Positions 1 through 14,961 of a stretch of 64,000 nt of DNA are shown here, piece after piece; positions within the stretch are counted from its first letter, which is position 1; each line of letters opens with the position of its first letter. Source of the stretch: Tubiluchus corallicola (taxonomy: Eukaryota; Animalia; Priapulida); the NCBI GenBank assembly GCA_030141605.1, contig JAQGDQ010000070.1, positions 186,001 through 250,000 on the forward strand, given 5' to 3'. The notes beneath the pieces were generated by a model, which was not told the origin of the DNA, ran no database searches, and saw nothing but the letters and a program-made list of their open reading frames with translations. A program made the translations under genes and the position numbers.

Positions 1-733
1 TTGACTAAAAGAGTTTGATTTCAATCGCATTAAAGGGCACATGTTAAAATGCTTTCTCGATGTCGAACCATGTCACCAGGTTGCGCGCATAATGTACTAT
101 TTTGTAATTGCAGTCAATAGTCAACTGTTTGTAGTGTCGGCATCGCCATTTACCAAAATTATTGCTTAATTAACAAAAGTTATTAACTTATCGAAATTAC
201 TTCTTCTGGCATTTTAAATAGTACACACTTTCACAGAACGCATTATGGTTTATAAATTCCACAAAATTGCTCTAAATTCGCTGATTTTGTTTTCTATTAG
301 AAGCTTTTTATCTCACGATAATAATTAGCTAAACACGACTAAATTATGAGATCCAAAATTCACAGTAATAAAGTTTTAATGAAACAAAACCTCCAAAGAA
401 TTTTGATAACTGTAATCACTTTATGCTCTCTATTAACTTCACGGCTTAATTGTACTAATGTTGGCATAACTCATATTACATGAATATATACAATTTCTTT
501 TTAGTTTTTTATGAAACTGTTTTACTATGACAGTTTTACATTACACTGATTTAACTTTGTCTAGTTAATGAATGCTACATGGCCGAAAGCTTCTAATAAT
601 GGAAATAAATTATAGGACTTTAGAGTGATTTTACAGACTTGATGAAATGGTAAGTCTCAAGAGAGCAATCACATAAATTATTGTGGTTTAGTTCATTTTT
701 TGCATTATATGCTTCCGTGATTACAATTTTTAG

Positions 734-5884
<5,151 letters not shown>

Positions 5885-7154
5885 TTGACAACTTCAAAGG
5901 AAAAAATGTAGAAGCCTTGTGACTTTTAAGGAAAAGCTCTTCTTTACTTCAAGATGTATGGTAATATCTCTGAAATGTGTTCATTACGACAGATCACAAT
6001 AGCAAGAAGGACTGCTTTTTTGTGCATAATTTCACCAGGAGAAGTAGTCAATAGAGAAAGTTCACTGTTACAACTACAGGCTTTTTGTTTTACTCTGGGT
6101 GTTAATTTAGTTGAGTAAAGATGTTACATTAAAAATATCATTAATATTTTACTGAATTGAAAGCTGCTTGCATGTACAGGTTATTTTGATGCTGATTAAT
6201 AACTGGTTATGTTGACTGATCCTGATTATGTTCATCAAGCTTGTTCTATAGTTAGGCCATCTTGTAATAAATTATACTGTTTTTGCTTGCTAGTGCCTAA
6301 AATGGCTGCAGCATCTTTATTAATAAAACATTCTTGTAATTAGTGAAATTGTTGTCGACTTGTCGTTACTATTGGTACTGTTGCTATCACTATTGCCGCT
6401 GCAGTATAGTAAAGCTATAAGCAATTGCCGTGTGCTGATGATAAGTAACAATAACATCAATAAAGCAGTTTTAGCAATAAGAGAAGCAGAAGATGTTGCA
6501 TGAAAACAACAGCAGCAACTCAATAAATAAAACAATGGCACACAGTGGCGTCATAAGAAACATGGCGTTAACTTCTTTACCTGCTAAAAGTTAAATTTTC
6601 AACGTATTCTCACGCTTTCGCCAATCCCAAAATGGCAAAACGTCTTTAATAAGCAAAATCATTCTTGTTGAGTATTTGCTTGCAGTGTAGTGCAAGACCT
6701 TAGAATGGTTGACATAGAAGAGGAGGTGGAGGAGGAGTAGAAAGAAGCTGAAGAGATACAGTTGTGAAACGGGACATAAAACACAAGACGAGAAGTTTTG
6801 TTTACATGTGCTTAAAACATCAATAATAATGTAATAGGTGGTTGAGTTCGTCATTGTGGTCTTTCGTAGTCTTTTTCTTTAACGTATAGAAACATTGAAC
6901 TCATAGATAAAGTGTGATCGTACAGTTTATTGAAGTACAAAAACATCCATAATATTAACACTAAGGAGTAAACAACTGAAGCGAATACACATAGTTAAAG
7001 CACAAGTCATAAACTCACTTTTCAACTCTCTCTAACTGCATTCTGACACTGCTTATACATCTAACATCAGTTCTGTTTTTAGTACCAACGGTCAGCAGCT
7101 ATTCTTAGAACATTTACTTGACAATAGTTAGCTTAAGATTGATTTGCTTGCACG

Positions 7155-7328
7155 ACAGTGTCCGTTATCTGTCAGTTATGACATCATCCGCCCACAATGA
7201 CTGCTATCTGTCAATCGTTACGTCATCTGCCCACAGTGACGTTATCTGCCAATCACTGTGACGTCCTCCACCCATTGGTCAGCATTGACTAACCGTTGGA
7301 CAGCAGTATTTCAAGATGCCTATATAAG
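7155..7328 (+). promoter_or_regulatory. Putative promoter: three ~39-bp tandem modules followed by a CCAAT box and a TATA box
   Basis: Units start at 7155, 7194 and 7233, each with TATCT (GATA-like), TGACATCA/TTACGTCA/TGACGTCC (CRE-like) and CCGCCC/CTGCCC/CCACCC. ATTGG at 7274 and TATATAAG at 7321. The function is inferred. Confidence 0.45.
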
Positions 7329-8239
7329 CTGGTGCAATGTAATCTGATCCAATAGCCTGCCAGTGCTTATAGCAATGCGGATCTGTTTACATATTTGCGG
7401 TTCTATTTAACATAACAGTTCAGTGTTTGCGAACATTATGTTGCATATGGTTGGTGCTTTTGGTTCTAACGTCTAAGTAATTAATTAAGTGATATTAATT
7501 TATGAAAAATTATAAAATATTTGCGCGTAATCCCATTACTCATCAAAACAAATTTAAAATATATTTCTATCACTTATTACAAATCTATCAGTATTAAGAT
7601 TACCGTCAGTATAACTTGACCTTATATGCCCAGTTAAAAGACAAGTTCATAAAACATGCTAACCTGCTTTATGCTGCCGCATCTACATAATCTACTTTCT
7701 TCTTATTGGTCAGTGGTTCATGTAATTTGCAATGTTCGACCATCTTAAAAATTCACAAGCGAGTGCTAGTGAACACTTCTGGTAGTAGCAAAGATGGAAG
7801 CTAATAGCAGCATTGTATTAAAATACCAGTTGTTCTTAGGTCAAGGGTCAGGCAATTGGAAAAATTGTAAAAGATCGGTTAAAGGACATCAGAAACTAAT
7901 TTGACGTGCCGAAAATATAAATCTTTCTCTTGGTGCATTCCACACACAGTGACATGCCTGAGGAACTTGCCATGTATATAACTTGTTACAAAGCACACTT
8001 GACACATTCCCTATCAAAGGTCACACACTAAATAACCAAGCACCCCACCAACAGCTCCACTCCTAAAGCACATAAACGGTGAAAATAATCTAGAATTGTT
8101 TAGAGTGAAATGACAATTCCAATGAGTGTTGTTTAAGAAAGCTTCTTCCACAAAGTAGTGTATCCTGAAATGCAAGTAGTTGCACCATATTTAGCTATAT
8201 TTGCAATTCTTATCTCTTCTTACTTGACTTAGTTGTAGC

Positions 8240-8330
8240 AGTGTATCACTTGTAGTACTGTGCCTGATACAGTATAAGCTGGTTCTCAAGGTCGAAAACG
8301 CATGGTCTAAACATAACGTTTGTGAACTCA
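8240..8330 (-). mobile_element. Highly degenerate LINE reverse-transcriptase relic
   Basis: The minus strand reads gttttcgaccttgagaaccagcttatactgta, a frameshifted resemblance to the non-LTR RT motif FxDLEKAYDTV. No continuous ORF. Confidence 0.25.
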
Positions 8331-8713
8331 GCAGTAAAGCATTCACAGTAAGTGAACACAAAAGTGAACTTCTCAATCGTGTACGTGCCTGTAGGTATCA
8401 AGATAACTCTGAGCATCTGTTAAGTGCTTGTGTGTATGATTAGTTGCGCATATCTAATATTTTAAGTTGTATTCGTTTTTCAGAGCAAAATGACGCTCCA
8501 GTAAAATATAACTGAAATTTTCTGTGAATGGCATTAAAGGTGGTTTCGTATTTTTAGTTTTCCGGGTGGATATGTAGGCGCTTACATTTGTGCCTATAGC
8601 TACATGCAATGTTACGTCACCTACTAGCTTTGCTCGCTTGAAAAAAGAAGACATCTTACAAGCTGATTTAATTGTCGCTGTATAGTATCATAAAACTCCC
8701 TCGTCAAACGGAA

Positions 8714-10270
8714 ATGGCGCTGGTAAAATGTAAAGTGTCTTTTCATCGGTCACTGTGTTGCTTGCAGTTGGGATTTAACATTCCTGGATCACGCAAAAAG
8801 GCGACTAATGCGTTCACAGTGGACGATAAACTCAACATTACAAACACAGTCACTGCTAAAGAGTTTTCAGAAATGCCTGGAAGTGGTGGAGTTTTGGGCA
8901 CTCTAACGTTTTTGAAGAATTTTGTTATAAATGGTGACAAGCTTTACGCAGTTGGCATGGAATCGTTTGAAAAGTTTAGAAGTGATATCTTTAGGTGCAA
9001 ATTTGCCACCATGGATATGATCCAAACTAAAAACCCAGTTGATGCTAGTGTGATACTCCGGTCCATCGGAAAATACCCACGAAGATTTCCCATGGATCAT
9101 TTTCTGGCGTATTACGAAATTGCCAACGAAGGTAATTCTTTACTGTCCCATGAGGGTGAAGACTGGGCTAGAGTGCGGAATGCAGTAAATAAGAAGCTAT
9201 TGCGACCACAGCTGGTTGCCAAAAACCACGATTTGTTTAGTGATGTAGTTTCAGATATGATTGCTAGAATGAGGCATGTAAGAGATACACAAGGAGATGG
9301 GTTGATCATTCCAAGCCTCCCTAATGAAATGTACAAGTGGGCTTTAGAATCCATATCAGCCTTCTTGTTTAACCAGAGAATAGGTTGTCTTAAAGGCAGT
9401 GCGCCAAAAGAATCACAAGATTTTATAGATGCGGTCGCGATGCTTTTTAAGTCAAACGTGCAAATCCTAGGATTTCCATATGTTCATCGAAAACTGAATA
9501 CTCCAATGTGGAAGAATTTTTCTTCTAGCTTAAACACAATGTTTGCATATGCAAGGAGTCTGAGAAGCAATCAATTGAAAAAGCTAGCTGCCAACTCCCT
9601 GGATACAGATACAGATGGAACGTTTCTTGGCAGTTTACTGTCTAGCAAAAAAATGTCAGAGAAAGAAGCTTTTGCCACAACCACAGAACTCTTGTTGGCA
9701 GGAGTGGACACGGCATCAAATACTCTATGCTTTACTTTGTACCTTCTCGCAGCAAATCCAGACGTTCAAAAGCAACTTCGAGATGAAATCCAATTAGTTA
9801 CAAAAAGCCAAATATTAACAGAAGATAACTTGAAAAAGATGACCTTCATGAAAGCTGTATTTAAGGAATCCCAGCGCCTCTATCCGGTTGGCACAGCAGT
9901 GATCAGAATTCCAGACATTGACCTTGTACTCAGTGGTTATAAGGTGCCGAAGGAGACACTCTGTTGGATAGACGTGTATGCCATGGGACGAGATGCAAAG
10001 TTCTTCCCAGAACCAGAGAAGTTCAAACCATCTCGGTGGCTTCGGGATGGTAAGAAGACTCCTGATCCTTTTGCTTCACTTCCCTTTGGATTTGGTATTA
10101 GAAGCTGCATAGGTAGGAGAATAGCTGAACTTGAAATGTACATTTTGTTGACCAGGATCGTGCAAGAATTTGAACTGAGGATACGTGGGGACGGCAAATT
10201 GAATGTATCACAGAGAAGTGTATTGATACCGGGACCAGAATTGCCAGTAGAATTTTTAGATCAAAAATAA
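8714..10270 (+). CDS. Cytochrome P450, mitochondrial clan (CYP27/24/10/49-like), 518 aa, uninterrupted CDS
   Basis: First in-frame ATG at 8714. Basic, acid-free N-terminus resembling a mitochondrial presequence, with no ER anchor. Motifs: WARVR (C-helix), EMYKWALESI, AGVDTAS (I-helix), KESQR (ExxR), FKPSRW (meander) and PFGFGIRSCIGRRIAE (heme ligand with mito-type GRRxAE). The subfamily cannot be assigned by eye. Confidence 0.95.
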   Translation: MALVKCKVSFHRSLCCLQLGFNIPGSRKKATNAFTVDDKLNITNTVTAKEFSEMPGSGGVLGTLTFLKNFVINGDKLYAVGMESFEKFRSDIFRCKFATMDMIQTKNPVDASVILRSIGKYPRRFPMDHFLAYYEIANEGNSLLSHEGEDWARVRNAVNKKLLRPQLVAKNHDLFSDVVSDMIARMRHVRDTQGDGLIIPSLPNEMYKWALESISAFLFNQRIGCLKGSAPKESQDFIDAVAMLFKSNVQILGFPYVHRKLNTPMWKNFSSSLNTMFAYARSLRSNQLKKLAANSLDTDTDGTFLGSLLSSKKMSEKEAFATTTELLLAGVDTASNTLCFTLYLLAANPDVQKQLRDEIQLVTKSQILTEDNLKKMTFMKAVFKESQRLYPVGTAVIRIPDIDLVLSGYKVPKETLCWIDVYAMGRDAKFFPEPEKFKPSRWLRDGKKTPDPFASLPFGFGIRSCIGRRIAELEMYILLTRIVQEFELRIRGDGKLNVSQRSVLIPGPELPVEFLDQK

Positions 10271-10569
10271 ATTTGTGTGTTCACCATTTCTGAGTCTTTG
10301 TTGAGATGCTATAAGCAGTATCAATAATTTTACCTGGTGTGAATGTTAAGTGTGTAAGAATCGTGCGCAATCTATTAATTTTTTAAACCATAATGGCATT
10401 TATTTAACCACAGAGACTTTTAAATCGTTTTTCAGTCGTTTTTGTCTGCACAGTGCCTTTTCATTGTGCAGTATAACACATTCCTAGTGCTAGTCCATTC
10501 TAGTCTACTTCTAAATAGTGTATGTTTAACAAAATAAGTGAAAAATATTCTACATAGTGGTTTGTTTGC

Positions 10570-10700
10570 TTTTATCATTATTATCATAATCGTCGTTATT
10601 GTAAACATCACCATCATCATCTTCATCATCGTTATTGTCGTCATTGTCATCATCATAATTGTCATTAGCATCAGCATAAGCATTGTTGTCATCGTGAGCA
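10570..10700. repeat. Degenerate (ATC/GTC)n microsatellite
   Basis: Directly visible. Explains the M/T/I-rich ORF 10432..10701. Confidence 0.8.
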
Positions 10701-11755
10701 TCGCAGATAGTTAACTAACGGCTGCAGTTTATGAAAACAACAAATTTTCCTAATAAGGACTTTCGAGTTGTTACTTGCAGGAAAAAGATAGAAGTGTTAA
10801 ACCACAAAGTATAATATGTTAAATAATACAATTTAAGGATTTAACTTTAAATTTACGTATTAGTATTATTCAAGCGGGATAGTTTTGCAACCCCATCTAA
10901 CACAATTCGTTGTATAAGTATCTAATCTATGATTGTTGTTGGGTGCTGCCTCTTAACACAGGAGTACTATGTTGCCTCTTAACCCTGTTGTGAACGAGTA
11001 CTATGCTCAATCAGCTTTATCCTGTTTTAAAGATTTTGTATAATAATAACAACAACGACGACGACGACGACGATGATGATGATGATGATAATAATAAAAG
11101 GTATTGACGGCGGAATTAAATAACAGGAAAAGCTGCAGCTTATGTTGAAATGGCTAAAAATCCAGTCTTTTAGCTTGTCTATCAATGAAAAAAGAAAGGT
11201 TAACGGAAAGGGGTTTATGAGAGAGGTATTGCTTGAAACTTTGAAATCTTTCATGTATGAGTTAGTTGAACAAGTGATAAATAAACTTGTGAGGTTGCTT
11301 CAGCTTCTCAGTGTGACGAGTAAAGCCATTTAGGATTAACTAAAGGTGCTGCGAGTAGATTTCAGAAAAAATTAATGGGAATGGAAAACAAGAGAATTGA
11401 TTTCAGTGTCGCCCTGACGTCAGCTACTTGGAAGAGCACAGTGCAAAACGTGAAGAAAAATATGTGTTTGTATACGACCCTGAAAAACATATATAAAGGA
11501 AAATATTTTTGATAAAAAACTGGTCAGAACCAGTCTAAATATAAAAAAGAGCTAATGTCAAAATTTCTTTATGTCTATGGAAAGGCCTGTCAAGGTCAAC
11601 TCAACAGCCTCGCTTGATGAGGCTGTTCTTATATTTGTATCTTCCTTATAGTTTCTGTCTTCCTGAAAATGTGTTATAAAATGTGTTATCAAGATCAACA
11701 GTTTATTTAGGGAAACAAAGAAGATGCTATTGTAAAAGAAACAACTTACCTTGAA

Positions 11756-12030
11756 AGGGCCGGATTACTTTATAGGCTAGTGTAGACTTCAGCATAGGGC
11801 CCCTCAATCTTGGGCCCCTGCTAAAATATTTTCAAAAAAATATTTTCAATATTTTTTTGAAAAATGAGTGTCATATTTTAATTTTTTGCATTGCTGAACA
11901 ATTCATTTAACTTAAAATAAAATTTCAACTTAAAAAAAGAAGATCCGGGAATCTGAAAATTCAATTTTAAAAATGTGGCCCCTTTTGTGGCTCTTTATTT
12001 GGTCTGTTGAGGAGCCTAAGGACCCCAGAA
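11756..12030. mobile_element. Degenerate non-autonomous DNA transposon (MITE-like) relic
   Basis: Begins agggccggatta...agggcccc and ends gcctaaggacccc, a layout like small hAT-type MITEs. A similar left end occurs near 34368. No intact TIR pair or TSD was found. Confidence 0.3.
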
Positions 12031-12525
12031 AGTAACAATTTGATCGAAACTAGCGTGCTGGTGCGCATTCTGCCCGCCGACCAGTTTTGACACGAAACAC
12101 CTCTCTGGGGAAAGCCAAAAACAGACGGGAAATTTGAGCAGAGTCATTAATAGTATCATTTAGTGTATAGGTTTTTGCCTGCTTATCAACATCGGCTGCT
12201 GTAAAAACCAGTAAATAAATATGGTATTTTACAATTGCATAGATCACTTTTATACGTTCCATCTCTCCCCCAAAGTCTCGTGTATAAGGTTCCCGTCTGT
12301 GTTTGATTTTTCTGATGCAGCAAGAATTAGTGTCGTCATCCATTACTAGTTGCAGGTTTGATTTTTTAATTACGAATTATAGTAATTGGCGAAAACATTG
12401 GTTTGATGGAAAACTTTGTTTCATTTGATAAAGAAAATAATCTGCTGTCATAATCGAATTGACTTCATTAATATTTGTTTACAAAATGTGTTAATGTTAA
12501 TTTAATCACAATACACACAGCTTCG

Positions 12526-13647
12526 TCAGGAGGAGGAGTTCGCGTTTATAGTTTTCCTAATATTGACACTATGTACATGGATTTGATTGTTTTGTCTAAC
12601 CATTGAACTTATATGGAATGGGCTAACAGGAGGCGCATCTAGTTCCTGGTGTGTTGCGTCTGCTGCGACATCTGCCGTCGCCATACCAACTTGTGCATTA
12701 TTTCCCGGACGTAATGTTTTGCAACGCTGAATTAAAGCCTTATAAGCGTATCTATAACGACTATTTATAACAGCGTAAATAAACGGGTTCATGCAGTGTG
12801 TTAGCCACACAGCTATTTCTATAGCTACATTGATGTCAGGATTCTCAGCCTCATCTGTAATTGCGTTAATGAATGCGTAAGGAAGGTAAAAAATAGTGTG
12901 TACACACAGAATAGCGAGTATCATTACAGTTAATTTAATTTCCTCCAGTCGGCGCTTGTTGTGTTTGGCATTTAACATGGACTGTTTAACAGATCGCCCG
13001 CTTTTTCGTACTTTGCACAAAATGTGTCCATAGCAAATTACAATTGTCAAAAATGGCAAGAAAAACGCCACGAACGACAGCGACTGCAGAGACGACTTTC
13101 CTTCGATTTTCAAAATAGTGCACAGGAGGAGGTGCGGAGAAAAACCGAATTTCCCCCACTTGCCGAGCAGGGTTGGCAGCAACAACGAGAGTGGGTACAA
13201 CCAACAGAATATGATCATAAAGGCGATGTACAACTTTTTATAAACTTTGCCATAATATTTGTTGTGAACGATGAGAACGTATCGGTTAATTGTTACGGCT
13301 ATTAGGCACATTAGATTAGCTCCAGTGTTACAGTAGTACGTAAACGCTGATGCCACGCAGACATTATCACTGTAAACCAGTTCTCGTTTGTAATATAGCA
13401 CAGCTTGCAGCGGTATGTTGATACTGCAAATGAGGAAACCACTGACGCACAAGGCAATTATGAACACCGTTGTGGCGTTCTTCAGCAGAGATGATGATTG
13501 GCAGAGAGCTAAGATGACAAAGCCATTACCAAAGAATCCCGTTATTGCAATGATTAATGACCACACACAAGTTGCTTTTATCCAACCGTCGCTAACCGTG
13601 TAAACATCTGTAGGCAAAGTTGTTAGATTAAAGTTTCCTGAATTCAT
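12526..13647 (-). CDS. Class A GPCR, Tre1/Moody/GPR84-like, 373 aa, uninterrupted CDS
   Basis: First ATG at 13647 (the track start is a GTG), followed by the NLT sequon. Seven hydrophobic segments. GN in TM1, Cys at the top of TM3, NRY in place of DRY, ECL2 LLGKWGKFGF..CTI typical of Tre1/Moody, ICY in TM5, YLP in TM6, NPFIY in TM7. A ttgtag acceptor at 13686-13685 suggests a 5'-UTR intron. Confidence 0.9.
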   Translation of the reverse strand: MNSGNFNLTTLPTDVYTVSDGWIKATCVWSLIIAITGFFGNGFVILALCQSSSLLKNATTVFIIALCVSGFLICSINIPLQAVLYYKRELVYSDNVCVASAFTYYCNTGANLMCLIAVTINRYVLIVHNKYYGKVYKKLYIAFMIIFCWLYPLSLLLPTLLGKWGKFGFSPHLLLCTILKIEGKSSLQSLSFVAFFLPFLTIVICYGHILCKVRKSGRSVKQSMLNAKHNKRRLEEIKLTVMILAILCVHTIFYLPYAFINAITDEAENPDINVAIEIAVWLTHCMNPFIYAVINSRYRYAYKALIQRCKTLRPGNNAQVGMATADVAADATHQELDAPPVSPFHISSMVRQNNQIHVHSVNIRKTINANSSS

Positions 13648-14066
13648 TGTCGTCTGGCCTACTCTTCCGCCATTAGATGGTAATCTACAAGACACATAAA
13701 AATTATATTTAGTTAACTGTAACAGTGTGTAACATTAACACACTTAATGGATACTTATTACCTAGCCAATGGATAGTATTAGATTTCTTATGGCTGGTAT
13801 CTATCATTTAGATGCAATTTTAAAGATATATTCGTATTGTGATTCTAATATTCGACAGAAATAAAGTGATTTTACGTAGATGACATCTGCACCAATTGTT
13901 TTCTTCTAAGTACTCTAATCCCCGAGGTGCAGAGCTTGTATGGCACATGCAATGCAACAGCAAGTAGCGACAGTATCATGAAGAGTACATTAAGCAGTAT
14001 TAGGGGCAGCTTAATTCAGGACATTTGGTAATTACCAAGAATCAAGGTAACTGTTGTCGTTAAATA

Positions 14067-14686
14067 CAGTGGCTGCTCGTAGCTAAAATTAATGGGGGTG
14101 CTGCTTCAGAAAAAATTAGCCATTGCTTTAATACTGTGTAAAACGTAACAAACATACGTGATTTTAATGTTGCAGTTATATTTGAAGATCGGGTGTTGTA
14201 TCTTTTCTTAACTGCAACTTTCTCGTGGAGAGACAACTGTGAAAAATTAAGCTGTTGCAGTTCACTTACAGTCACAGAACTTATTTGTTGGGGAGGCAAG
14301 GCGTCCATTATTAATTAATTCATATTTTAAGCACACATGCTAAGTTTACATTTTATCACATCCAAGAATATGACAGTACATAGTAAGCACGTGGCAATTG
14401 TTACTGTGATAGCCACAGTAATTTTCTACCTAGCAGCAGACAATAGCGTACAGCGTGTTATTTCAGACATGTGCGCATGGCCGCATACGCACAACTGTCA
14501 AACACCACGTTGCTTGGGCTGTCAAGCAAATTGTACTTCCCTCACGTGTTCCGATTCCGCACAAGTATAAAAAAGAACTAAAGAAAAAAGAAAAAAAATA
14601 TTCAATGTTATATTGAATATTATCGATAATAATGAGTGAAAACAAGGGGGTGCTGCAGTACCACAGTACGTACACGAGCCGCACTG
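14067..14686 (-). mobile_element. hAT-superfamily non-autonomous element (internal deletion derivative) with 8-bp TSD
   Basis: TIRs CAGTGGCTGCTCGT (14067) and ACGAGCCGCACTG (ends 14686). Perfect TSD GTTAAATA at 14059-14066 and 14687-14694. Subterminal GGGGGTGCTGC at both ends. The internal minus-strand peptide from 14308 (VSELQQLNFSQLSLHEKVAVK) resembles hAT transposase N-termini. Confidence 0.85.
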
Positions 14687-14914
14687 GTTAAATACTTAGC
14701 CTTAACGGATGATTGCATATCACTTACAATAGATGGCAACCGCTACATTAACTATAGGCCCTAATTTCGGGAGTCTGTTGGATAGTCAATAGTACCACTC
14801 AAATTATCCGTCATTGTTATTTTTAGGGCCCATTACTGATAGACCATTATTCGATCCAGATCCCAATTTGACCTGACTTTTTGGGTGTCCTGACTGAGGA
14901 TTTATGTTGTCAAA

Positions 14915-14959
<45 letters not shown>
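14915..14959. repeat. (CT)n microsatellite
   Basis: Directly visible. Confidence 0.95.

Positions 14960-14961
<2 letters not shown>

Noticed and set aside
8672-8713. N-terminal extensions of the P450 (TTG start) and the GPCR (GTG start at 13695) given in the ORF track
   Set aside because: Non-ATG starts come from a prokaryote-style ORF caller, and both extensions overlap plausible splice acceptors.
12526-13647. Melatonin receptor assignment based on NRY
   Set aside because: TM7 has NPxxY rather than the NAxxY of melatonin receptors, and ECL2 has the Tre1/Moody-type WGxFG motif.
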